Source: Eledone cirrhosa
Lineage: Eukaryota
Reading direction: 5' to 3'
NCBI GenBank assembly: GCA_964016885.1
Contig: OZ024742.1
Location: 281,108,001-281,172,000 of the forward strand
Length of the DNA: 64,000 bases
Of this stretch, positions 51,754 to 64,000 are shown one piece after another (position 1 is the first letter of the stretch; each line of letters starts with the position of its first letter). The position numbers were made by a program, and so were the translations under genes. Under the pieces are notes generated by a model, which ran no database searches, was not told the DNA's origin, and saw nothing but the letters and a program-made list of their open reading frames with translations.

Positions 51754-54700
51754 AGTTGCATTTATCTTGCTTTATGTTCATACGAGTTATCACCAAGTCA
51801 CAACCATTGACCTCAAGAGACAACAAGATCCGCCATGTTCAAGAAAGAACATACATACTCACACATGCATCATTAGGTGTTTAGACTTGTGATGTACTTA
51901 TATTGACATAATCTTCCTTAGTATATGGGCAGTTCCCATTAGTACTATCTTTTGTATTTCTCCTATACGCGGGTTTCCTGGGATTTGCGATAAGTAATCA
52001 TTAGACCCATTAGGTATCATTCCGAGAGCGATTACAACCACTGGTATTGTTTTAGTTCTCAATTTCCACATTTTTTCAATTTCTATCTCCAGGTCCTTAT
52101 ACTTGCTCAATTTTTAAAATGTTCTTAGATACATTCTTGTCTATTGGAACGGACATATCAATTAGCAGGCATACCCTCCTTTTAAAGTCCTTCAATATTA
52201 TATCAGGATTATTTGCATCTATTTTTCGGTCTGTTTGGTTGCTAAAGTTCCACAAGATTGCGATGTGATCTTTTTCAAGTATGGGAGGTGGCTGATGCTC
52301 CCACCAATTCTTTTGATGGGGCAGTTCAAAATGCTTACACATTATCCAATGTATGTATTGTGCAGCTCTGTCATGCCTGTTTAGGTATTCGGTTGGAACT
52401 ATAGGACTGCACATTGAAATTATATGGTCAATAGTCTCTGGTTCTTTTTTACATACACGGCATAATGGGCTGCATCCATTTTTTATTATGTTGGCTTGGT
52501 AATTTTCTTTTGGCAGACACTGATCTTGTGCTGATATAATCAGTCCTTCAGTCTCCGATTTCAGTCCAGAGGATGCCAACCACTGATGGGTTAAAGTTTT
52601 GTCAACATCAGGATTGTTAACTCGTTCTGGGTATTTTCCATACAGAGGCTTTTCTTGCCATTTCTTAGCCAGTTTCTGTAGCAGTTCTTTCTTTGCAATT
52701 ACTTTTACCTGCTTTGCTTTTTCTGTGTTTTCCATTTCAGCAGTAAATGGGACTTCTGAAATTTGTAGTCCATTACTGTATCTTTGTGCATCTTTTGTAA
52801 TGGAGTATGATCTTTTGATGCTTTCGTGTCTCAAAACGAATTTGATCATCCAATCATGTGATTCCCTTAGATATGTAGATAATCCAATTGTTGCAGTTTT
52901 CAACGCAATCTCTAACTGGATTAACCCACGTCCTCCTTCTTTCCTAGGGAGATATATTCTATCTGTATCTGCCTTAGGGTGATGCATTCTGTGCATGGTT
53001 AATCATTTTCAAATTTTTGTATCGAGCCTACGGATCTCTGTGCTTGACCAGTTGATGACATTGTAACTGTAGGTTACTACTGGTATGGCAAGCGTGTTTA
53101 TGGCATCGATCCTATTCCTTGCATTCAATTCCGTTCTTAAGTTTGCTCTTACTCTGCGGTAACATTCCTTCCTTATCCTTTCCCTCATTGTCGAGTGCTT
53201 GATTCCGTCTCCTTCTCAAACACCTAGATATTGTAAGTTTCCTCTTGATCAAGTTCTCGTATCACATTCCCCCGATCAAGATTAATGTCTGAACTCTTCA
53301 GCAGTTTTCCTCTGGTGAACGTTGCTTTGGCGCATTTATCTAGTCCAAACTCTATTTTAATGTCATCACTGAACTGCTTCACAGTGGATCTTGCAATTGT
53401 TCATAATTTTTTGCAAATAGTTTCATGTCATCCATGTAGAACAAGTGATTAATGGTTTTGTCATAGACTTTATATCCGTGCTTTGTTTCATTGAGCATTT
53501 TACTTAATGGTATAAGTGCGATGCAGAATATAAGCGGTGATAAAGAGTCACCCTGAAAAATTTCACAATTAATATTAACTTCACCAGCTTCCAGTGAATT
53601 TGTTTCACTATTCAAAAGGAATGGCGTTTTCCATGTCTTCATACTGAATGACAAAAACCTCCTGACAACGGGAGATATTTTGAAAATCTCTAAACATTTT
53701 TCAATCCAATTGTGTGGCAAACTATCGAATGCTTTTTTATAATCTATTCAAGCAATAGATAGATTTTTGTGTCTATTATGACAATCTTTCTGCTCAATGG
53801 GAAATAGGTCATTTGTTATCAGGTGGTCATATGTGTATTCAGTTAGGACTGATGTTAAAATGTTATACATTGTGGTCAAGCAAGTTATCGGTATGTAATT
53901 TTGGGGATTGTTTGTCTCATCATTCTTCGGAAGTAGGAATGTAATGCCGTTAACTAGCGATGATGGCATCATTTCTGGCTCCTTAACTATTTCATTGTAA
54001 AGTTGGGCTAACAGCTCATGAGACTCTGTGAAGGCATTTAACCAAAAATGTTGTATCTTGTCTTTTCCTGGGGATTTTGATTTGGTGGTTTTTCTTAGAG
54101 CCAAACGCAACTCTTCAACTGTTATATTTTCCCATATTTGTTCCTCAAGGTGAGCTATATCTTTCATTTGTCTGTCTATCCATGGGGCATGTATATTATG
54201 AATTTTTTCTTCGGCCCAGATCTTTTCCCAGAATCCTTGCACTTCCTCCTTGGGTGGTATTGATTTAGCAGTTATTGTTGACTTACCAATTTTTCTGTAG
54301 AAGTCTCTTTGGTTGTTTTTGAACATATTATAGTCCTTATAGAATCTAGATCGTTTTTCAAAGCGCCTTATTCGAGCAGCTTTGGCCGGCACTTTTTGCT
54401 CTATTATTTCTATCAGCATGTCAACTCACATGTTGATTTTATACTGTCCTTTTTTTACAATTGTCTAAGTTTAGTTTGTTTAACATGTTCACCTACTTTA
54501 TAGTTGTTAAAATGTCTGTCAGATCGGAGAAGGTCTATTTGGCGATTGATGTTCTCTTGCCAAGTAGATTTTGTGTGGGAATTCCTTTGTTTTTTCATCT
54601 TCACCCCACATAAGTGAGTGGTGACTTTAGCCAATGCATAATAGAGATGATTTAAATCAGTAATGTTTAGTTTGTTTGTGATGATAATGTTTTTGATAAT

Positions 54701-56600
54701 TATGTTAGTCTTGTTTATTATCTTTTGGTTCTGTTTGGAGTTCTGGATCTTAGGGAGGGTGTCTCGTTCCCCCATGTCAGATTATTTCATTTTCATCCAT
54801 TCGATCATAATTTCATCCTTCAAGTTTGCAAGTTCATTCTCATTCATTTCTTTATCATTTACGATCTCATTATTTTCATTTGGAGTTTCATCTTGAGCAT
54901 GAACTCCCACCACTTTTTCGATCCTTTCTTTAATTTGTTCTGTTGTCAGTAATTCCGCTTCAACCCTGGGATTCGAAGTGTTACAATTTACCTCGTTTTC
55001 ACTGACACATGTTTCATTTTCCCTTCGCTGACTTTGTGCTAATAGCTTGATCTGATCAATTTCTATATCAGTGTGTAACTTTTTTTTTACAATATTTCTT
55101 CGTTTATTGGCTAGTTTGTTACTGTCAATATAGCCTCTGTTTTCGGGATGTTTCTTTTTCCAGTTGATATATGTCTGTTCTGTATTCGACGTATTTGATG
55201 GGTAGTACATGGCAGTGTAGAAAGGCTCAAGGACTTCTTTATTATCTTTCCTTGACCATTTTTCTCTCTTTTTCTTTGGATTTCTTGGGGGTGAGCATGG
55301 AGGGCCAACAGTAGGAGTATTCCGTTTATGGGAGGTCTCCAGCTCCGAAGTGATGGGAAGGTTTGAACCATTAGCTGATTTTTCGACCCTAGTCTGGTTC
55401 CTCTCTGAGGAACGCGGCCCTTTTTGACCCGGGTGACGGCCGATCCGGTATGAGATTTTATCATTAGACATTTACTTTATTTTGTCGCGTTTTACCCTTA
55501 TCCGCCAAGGGGTAATCAATTCATTTTACCACTTCTAGGTCGAGTGTCAACCAAGACTAGAGGGTCGTCCTCCCCTAGAGGCACGGCTATTCCCCGCCGG
55601 CCGCCATCCCGGTATTTCTTGGTCACTTGGTTTTCTTTTTTGTTGTTTTTTAAATTGTTATTATCATGAGTGGTTCCTTAATGTGAGCATTGCGTGGCTT
55701 AAGAATGAAATTATTAATAATATAATATACATTTTGCTGAAGTTGCCTGTTATTGTTGTTGGCTATGACGGTGGTGGTGCTGGGGCTTTTTCTATTGTTG
55801 GTGGGGAAGGGGGAGCCAGCAGTGCCATAGTCGTTGACGTTGGGCCGGTGGCCGGGTCACTAAGTCAATCTATTTATATATTTTGCTAGCCTATCCCTTG
55901 TCTAGTGATACCGCCACCTTCCCCTTTCTTAAATTAACAGAAGGTAATGGGGGAATAGTGGTGGTAACAATGAAGGAGTGGTGGCGGCGGTGATGGGATA
56001 GTGGTGGCAATGATGGATGGAGTGGTGGCGGCGGTGACTATAGTGATGGCATTGTCGTTACTGAGTGTTGTTGAATAGACCGTAGTTTTGTTAGCTGTGT
56101 ATCTATGCGTTTGTCGTGTATGTTTAATATATGTGTTGACATATATTAAACATTGGAATTAAACATTTTGTTAAAACTTGAGACAATAATAATAGTAATT
56201 ATTATTATTATGCTGAGATTGGTCGTGGTGGTGGTGAATTGCCGTTATCTGGCTGTTGTATTTAGTGTACACAGAGGGGTGATGGGGTAGGTGGTGTATC
56301 TAGTTTCCGGTGTTGGCGAAATTGCTGTTATTTGGCTGTTCTATATAGTGTAGACAGAGGGGGTTTTCTTCCATTTATAACCATTTATTTTTTGAATATA
56401 AAATGTATAATACAAAATTGAATATTTGAGCGATATAACTATATATTATGGATCCGAATTTTTCCGAGACTTGAGTCGGATGGGTTATGTATCATATGTA
56501 CTAAGAATTGTTATTTCACAATTGATTTAAATATGTTAAAAATCAAAAACTTACGGGAGCGACTTCATGACCTTCTAACCACCACGTGCGTCTTCTTCCC
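51753..56600 (-). mobile_element. Family A copy A5, near full length, frameshifted (ORF 55471-51898)
   Basis: Colinear with A2; RT, CCHC and RLE motifs; ATT tracts on both sides. Confidence 0.93.
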
Positions 56601-56636
56601 TTATTCTCTTATTATTATTATTATTATTATTATAAA

Positions 56637-56820
56637 GGGCGGTGAATTGGCAATATCGGTACAGGATTGGGCGCCATACTTTCTAGCATAGTTACGTCCC
56701 TTTACAGTCTGAGTTCAAATCCCGCCGAGGTTAACTTTGCCTTTCATCCTTACGGGGTCGATAAAATAAAGTACCAGCAATGTACTGGGTAATTGCTAGC
56801 CTTGTGCCTAAAGTAGAAAC
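56637..56820 (+). mobile_element. tRNA-derived SINE within (ATT)n
   Basis: gggcggtgaattggcaatatcggta...gagttcaaatcccgcc...aagtagaaac, flanked by ATT repeats. Confidence 0.9.
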
Positions 56821-57379
56821 AATTATTATTATTATTATTATTATGATTATTACTATTATTGTTGTTGTTGTTGTTGTTGTTGTTAAAAGAAATGAACCAT
56901 CAATAGAAACACTTAAAAGGAGATGAAACTGATAAGACACAATATACAGGAATTAAGGAGTAAAAAGACGACAATACTTTGTAAAAATTCATATAAATAT
57001 ATGAAAAAACAACATGACAAAACCAGAAATAAGTTAATGAGATATGAATACAGTAGCCATTAGCTACAGCTTCAATACACGAAGAATTAGTAGTTAAATG
57101 AACTGAATAACGTAGATATGAATCCTAGAAAAATCGTATTGAATTCATTCCGGTCAGACCGTATTAAAAATTATATAGATAAGACAAAGTTACCCTATGC
57201 AAAATGAGAGAGAGAGCAGTATACAAATAGAAAACAATAACAAATGGTATACAAACAGAAGAAAATTAACTAGACTAGATCTAGTTATAGAAATTAACTT
57301 AGAATTAACTGAAGCGAGGTTGATTAGTATAAGACAATTTGAAAAGAGAAAAACAATGAAAGCATTTAGTTGTATCTCT

Positions 57380-57403
57380 CACACACGTATATATATATTA
57401 TAT

Positions 57404-57492
<89 letters not shown>

Positions 57493-57500
57493 CATATATA
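57380..57500. repeat. Compound (CA)n(TA)n microsatellite
   Basis: Direct inspection. Confidence 0.9.
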
Positions 57501-57698
57501 TACTTATGTGAAGAACCAATATATGTGTATACGTGTGTGTGTGTAGGTGTGTGAATGTAAGCAAAAAGCGTGAAAGTAAGTGGATTGAAGGAAACAGCTT
57601 AGATGAATATGTGATAAAAGAAATAGGTATTAAAGTATTTAATCAACATATTAAAGATAGAATCAAAGCGGAAGTAAAATGTTTAAGCATATTAGTGT

Positions 57699-57865
<167 letters not shown>

Positions 57866-58492
57866 TGCATGTATGTATATATAATAGACCTATAGATAGA
57901 TATATTATAATCTTCGCTCCGACATAGCTGTATATACGTAAGTATGTGTATTTTACATATTTTGTATATCTAAACATCTGAAAGACTTTCACTATGAATG
58001 TTGGGACCTGAGGGCTGGCGCCATCTGGCGAATTCCAACAAAAGCAAGAGAAGGTAATTACCGACGATCATTTCTGGGTGATGGCGGTTATCAAAACAGT
58101 GATATCCTAAACTGCTCTCTGCTGGAATTTAATATAGGCGAAAATATATAGTTTTGATGCCTATGTACATGGGCTGGCCGAGCCGAACGACAGCTCCATA
58201 TGCAGATGGGACCCCGTTTTCTTGCCATTTATTACTTCCCCTTTTGTGAACTATTACCACGTGATAGTTGTCGCTTTCGAAAGAGACTACGATCACAGGT
58301 AGTCATTTGAAATTCTTCCGGGTGAGAGAAGGTTCACTCTGAAAAGTTATATTCTCCTAGTCTGCATACTCAATTTTATAGAATTTTAGGCTGCTCTTCA
58401 GGATGAATACGTAGTAGAAACATAGAAGTAATTTGAAATTTTTTTTTTTTGTCTTAATTACGTTACGTTACCAATTATCTATCTATCTATCT

Positions 58493-61400
58493 CCGGATGG
58501 TATAGACGTGCTTCACATCGGCTCCTCGATTATTGGATATATTACAGGTTAATAGTAAGTGTGTGTTCTTGCGTTATTGTGTTAATTAACCCCCTTGCCT
58601 GGGTCTTCGGACATTAGGGCTTAATTTATTTCACCCCTTTGTGGGTGAAAATGTTCATCCTAAAAATTTTGTGATTGTCTCTACGCTAGTGGTAATGGAA
58701 TCCATTACCACGAGTAATGATGACACGCCCACTAAACAATCTGAAGGAGAGCGTGTAGTTGAGGCAACAAGCCTCCCTACTGAAAAAATAATGATTATTA
58801 GAAACATTGAAAACATGGAGCCTAACCCCAATGAAAAAAATGTGAAAAAAATTGACTCGGAGAAATTGCCAACATTAATGGATGCCGTTTCGATTTTTCA
58901 CGGTGCCACGCCTACCAGAAAAGGTGAAAGAGAATTAGTAGCTGTGACTACAAGTCTCTCGGATACTGAAAATATAAGTGAACTTTTTTAAGAAATGGTG
59001 TCTAACCCCAACGGGAAAAAAATGTGAACGCGTACACCAACATAAATAACACAAACACAACAAAAAATGATAATTGTAACAACAAAAAACAAGAAAACAA
59101 CCACATTTCGACAAATGTAAAGAAAGTGGGGGCGAACAAAATGACGTTCGCTCAAACTACCAAAAAAAAACATTGTGTATGAACCTATTGACATTTCGAA
59201 CATGGCCCAGCAAATGGAAAATGCACGGAAGTATATAACTTTGGAGGAGAATGGTCTATTTTCTTTAAATTCTCCCTCAGAGCTAAAAAAGGAAAATAGC
59301 TTAAAATGTATTATTTATAGGACAATATCAAACAAAACCCGTAAGCCAGTACAACTCACACAGACAGAGATTGAACTGGCTTTAAAAGATCATCTGAAAA
59401 ACATTGTATTCATTCGGAAGGATAGACTCTACGGTAGTCTATCCATCCGAATGAAAGATAAATTGACGGCCGAAAAACATTCCCTGGCCTCAATTGTGTC
59501 CCCCTTATTTATCTTCTTCCCTACTTATTTGGGAAGAAGAACACAAAGATTGACCATATACAGTATCGATCCACATATTGATTTCTGGGCGGTTCTGTGT
59601 GGCCTCTTCGACTTGAAAGAGGATGAAGTAATTTCGGTAAGTAAGACTTCCAGCAACGTGTTCGGTGGAACTAGCCTGCAAGTTCTGATGCAAATGCAGC
59701 CAGAACGAATTGCTAGGATACCCCCCCCCCCCCCCAGAAAACCAGAAAACAAATACAATAACACCCACACCACAAACACGAGCCGAAAATGAACCCCTCC
59801 CCTCGAATACGGAAGACGGGGGGGAACACTTTCATAAAGTTAAAAGAAAAAAAAGAAAACACACCACAGGAACACAAATACAAACAACCCCTCCCCAATA
59901 CATAACACAGATATCAACACAAAAAAAACACACAACAACAGCAAACAAAAAACATCACTCAAAAAGAAAAATATGCCTACACTTACATAAATACAATAAA
60001 CAAAAAACTGTTAAACGTTATTTATAATAGGAGGGCAGAGGATTGGCAGTAGCGGTAGAGGGTCGGACGCCATGCTTTCTAGCGTAGTTACGTCCCTTTA
60101 CGATCTGAGTTCAAATCCCGCCGAGGTTGACTTTGCCTTTCAACCTTACGGGGTCGATAAAATAAAGTACCTGTAATTCACTGGGTAATTGCTGGCCTTG
60201 TGCCTAAAGTAGAAACAGTTACTTATAATAACAACTTAATAAAAACCGAAGGTTCGAATTTCGCACAAGCAATGGGGCTTCCCCATCTAAAAATGATAAA
60301 AGCCCCAATGGACATTTACGAAACGTTAAAAGACACTTTTAAAGAGGACTGGGGCCCCCTTGCGTCAGACCCATTAACCGTGTCCTCCTAAAAAATGCCC
60401 CCCACCCCCCAGACACCCACACAACTCCAAACACCTCAACCCCACCACTCACTGATGCCCTAAAATTCCACAAACCATCACCCCACCCAACAACCTAAAC
60501 CGCACCCCCATGGAAATTGTGCGGCCCAGTCCCCGGGACGCAGAGAGGTAAGTGCCTTTTTTCTTTACCACCAACATGACTGTGTTGAGAATAGGTTGTC
60601 TAAATGCGCGTGGCCTGGGCTCACCTTGAAAGCAAGCAATGCTTCTAAAAGACCTCAGGTCACGATGTATAAATGTGATGGTTATTTGCGAGGCCCGGAT
60701 CAGCAGCGTGCGACAGCTGTCCTCACCTTTGATGACATTGAGATGCACGCATCTCTCTGTCAGCCCGGAGGTGGGGGTGGGATTGTCGCTCTGCTGCAAG
60801 AACATCTGGGTCTCGCTACACAGACGGTACGCTTGGACCCGGAGAGTCGACTAGGTTCAGGATCTTGGCAGTGGTGAAGGCGGAGCTTTTAGGCTGGTTG
60901 CCATTCAACGGCCCTTTTCGGTCAACGCGGCCGGACTTCTTCCATCGTCTGGAGACTTTTCTAGGGACGTCCCGCTCCTTGCTTTTAGTGGGGGACTGGA
61001 ATGGTATCCTAGATGCACGTTGGGACTATGTAGGGGCATGTCCTGATAGAGGGGCTTGTAACAGCCTCATTGGGTTAATCGGCCGATTCGACCTGGCCGA
61101 TAGATATCGACTAGATTTTCCGACTGTGCCAACCTGGAGTTGGAGAAACCATAGCGGTCAAACTAGATCGTACCTAGATAGGTTCTTAGTTAGAAATAAG
61201 GATAGGGACTTTTTAAGTTGTATAAATATGCTCATGGTTGGCTATTCCGACCACAAGTTAGTGACCTCCATGGTCAACCAACCTTGATAGAACGCATAGA
61301 CAGGGACCGGTTCCTGGAACTCAACTTGTCCTTACCGGCAAGTAAATCTTACAGGAACCGGATTAGTACTTTAGTTAATGAGCGGTTGATGGGCGCCATC

Positions 61401-64000
61401 GTCAACAGCAGGTGGTGGGGGCTCCCTCAAAAGAGAGATTAGAGTAGCTTCAATAAGAGTTAGTAAGGAGTTAGCCTCTGATAGAAATAGGAAGGAAAGG
61501 GAGTTGGTAGATAGTGTAGAAGAGGCAATTAGAAGCGGCAACGTAGCCAGAGTGCTAGCGTCGAGAACGGCCTTGGGCCAGTTCTTCGACGCGAAACACG
61601 AAGGCTGCGTTGTCCGAAGCAAAATACGTGCTCTGGGATACGAGGGGACCAAAGCTGTTAGCTGGGCCCGCGTGGCAGAAGCCAAAAGTGGGATTAGATC
61701 CACTATCCGGTTTTTGCGAGACCAGGATAGACGGGTGATCCTTGAACCTAAGCAGATGTGCGAGGCCTTTCAAAGGCACTTTGCCCGATTGTTCGGAAGG
61801 GACGAGGGGCCGGATGGGGATCTGGACCTCGGTCCATACCTCGACGCCTGCCACGTCTTTCGGACGAGGAAGCGAAGTCCTGCGAGAGGCCGATCTCAGC
61901 TGCTGAGTTAGGGGACGTGCTGAGCCAATGCGGTAGACGCAAATCTCTAGGCTTCGATGGTCTTCCATACGAACTGTATTTAAGTATGCCGGACTTGTTC
62001 TTCGATCTCCACGAAGCTGTCTAATGCAAGTGGCAACAGAACGGGAGAATTCCCTGTTCTGTGACTAATGGCGTAGTCTCGCTAGTGAGGAAGGACGAGA
62101 ACAAGGGGCAACGAAATAAGTAATTTTAGGCTCATAACACTGCTAAATGCAGAGTTAAAGATTTTGGCCAGGGTGCTAGCAAAGAGGGTGGCGTTTGTCG
62201 TGGGCAACTTGGTGGGAGATGCGCAGAGATGCGACATCCCGTCCAGGTCCATTCAGGATAACCTCCATCTCATGCGATAGATCATAGAGAGGGTTGGGAA
62301 TGAACCCGGCTTTTCGCGGGGGGGGGGGGGGGGGGGGCTGATCAACTTGGATCAATCTAAGGCGTTCGATAGGGTCGACCATCGTTACCTGGATGCCGTG
62401 CTAGTGGTGGCAGGTTTCGTACCCGTTTTCAGGGGCTGGATCACAGCCATGCACAGCAGCCGCATCTGCTCCTGGGTCAAGGTGAACGGCTACCTCTCGG
62501 AGCCGTTCGAAATCACGCGGTCCATCCGACAGGGATGCCCTCTCTCCTCCCTTCTATATGTATTGGCCCTAGAGCCACTGCTGCGGAAGTTGGAGTTGTT
62601 ATAGGGCATCCCTTTGGAACTGGGATTGCGGAAAGCGGTGTCGGCCTACGCCGATGACGTGACAGTAATGGTGTCACCGCCTCGGAAATCGGGGTCATCG
62701 GCACCTTACTGGAGGAATACGAAACGTTTACAGGGGCTAAGCTGAACCGGGACAAGTCAGTTGGTTTTCAACTCGGCGAGTGGAGTGGCAAACCGATGGC
62801 CTCCAATGGAGTCGTCGGACGTTGGACGGAGGGCCCGGTGAAGTTGCTCGGGGTCTGGTTCGGCCAGTCCTCCAGGTGGGGAAGAACTGGGGCGAGGTAT
62901 CGAACAGGGTGTATGCGCTGACGCGGAATTGGGCTGGGTGCAAACTATCCCTTAAAGGTCGGGCGGAGGTGGCGAACGCTTATATAGCGTCCGTCATCTA
63001 TTGCCGCCTGGCCGTCGTGCCTTGCCCAAGCGAAACGCTCACCAAAATGGAGCGCGCATTCTTCCAATTCCTTTGGAAGAAGCGGGCTCCTTTGGTGAGG
63101 AGATCCATCTGTGGTCAACACCCTTCGAAAGGAGGGCTGGGGATGTCGTGGCTGCTGATGCGTAAACACGCATTAAGGATACTGCACCTCCAGGTATTCC
63201 TAACCGGTCAACCGGTGTGGCCCCGTTTGTGAGGCGAGCCTTTCTGAGACTCGTCTCGCAAACCGAGCTGCAGTCCTGGGTCAAGCAAAGACCAAGAAAA
63301 CTGGGCGCCTGGCACACCGAGTGTGCCCAGGCGCTCACGGCTCTCCGGCAGGCGGACCCGGCTATCGGTTGAGACTCCACCTCGTCATTCTATAGAGGGA
63401 TGGTGGTTAGTAGGTGCGACGACGCCCTCGGACAAGCCCTAGGAGGAAGACGAACTGGCCAGCCTATTCGGGAGGTCATTTGGCCCGGGACCTATGGACA
63501 ACTTCCAGAGGTCACTGGCCTGGCAGTGCTACCGAGGGGCGCTGCCCGTTCGAGAAAAGCTCTACAGACACGGGCGCCCGGGTAGGGACCCCTCGAAAAA
63601 AATATGTCCCAGATGCGTGCGCGATGAGGAAACTGTTGCGCACGCATTGGTACACTGCTCGTGCGTTGCCGATCTGTGGGGCTATGCCGAACGACTGCTG
63701 TCCCGGGTGGGACTAATTCGGTTGACCACTGAGTCCATTGTAATGATCAAGTCGCTCCCCCCCCTTCAAAAATGAAGGAGAGGCGGTCTTCCTCTGGGTA
63801 ATAGCCATGGTGAAAGAGGTGGTATGGTGGACACGTTTGAAAGGGCTGAGGTCGGACACCCATCTCTCCGGCCAACAACTAGTCCTTTTCTTTAAATACC
63901 ATTTTAAGAGAAGGATCAGAATGGAGAAAGAGGTGCTCTGCCCTAGCAAGTTTTATGAAAGGTGGGTGAAAGTAGCGAGAATGGCCCGTGTGAATGGGCC
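58493..64000 (+). mobile_element. Divergent Tx1/L1-like LINE D, degenerate, running off the window (ORF1 ~58641-60551; ORF2 from 60576); 5' boundary uncertain
   Basis: CIIYRTISNKTRK and FFPTYLGR in ORF1; RIGCLNARG, VGDWNG, SYLDR, YSDH, DQSKAFDRVDH, IRQGCPLS, YADD and CPRC..EETVAHALVHC in ORF2. Confidence 0.88.
60031..60217 (+). mobile_element. SINE inserted in ORF1 of D with 13 bp TSD (1 mismatch)
   Basis: gttatttataata at 60017-60029 and gttacttataata at 60218-60230. Confidence 0.9.

Noticed and set aside
13620-56600. Bacterial retron, group II intron or defence-RT system; CRISPR array
   Set aside because: The RTs carry eukaryotic non-LTR hallmarks (APE or RLE plus CCHC, simple-repeat tails) in a microsatellite-rich context, and there is no repeat-spacer array.

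Overview
AT-rich eukaryotic DNA dense in microsatellites, probably cephalopod/octopus-like (inferred from the tRNA-derived SINE and repeat content, not proven). No host protein-coding gene can be supported. Bases 1-13.5 kb hold simple repeats, a decayed tRNA-His-like tandem array, foldback elements, SINEs and a hammerhead-ribozyme-containing unit. Bases ~13.6-56.9 kb are a ~43 kb pile-up of non-LTR retrotransposons separated mostly by (ATT)n tracts. Two R4/Dong-like families (here A and B; RT, CCHC and restriction-like endonuclease) lie always on the minus strand. A Tx1/L1-like family (C; ORF1 plus APE-RT ORF2) lies always on the plus strand, and a more divergent Tx1-like element (D) runs off the right end. 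All copies are disrupted or truncated. The most striking observation is that ORF2 of the Tx1-like elements is bracketed by a consensus splice donor at the ORF1 stop (G|GTAAGT) and a conserved polypyrimidine-CAG acceptor in the 3' UTR. The whole RT/endonuclease ORF may therefore be a ~3.6 kb intron whose removal gives ORF1 a new C-terminal exon.
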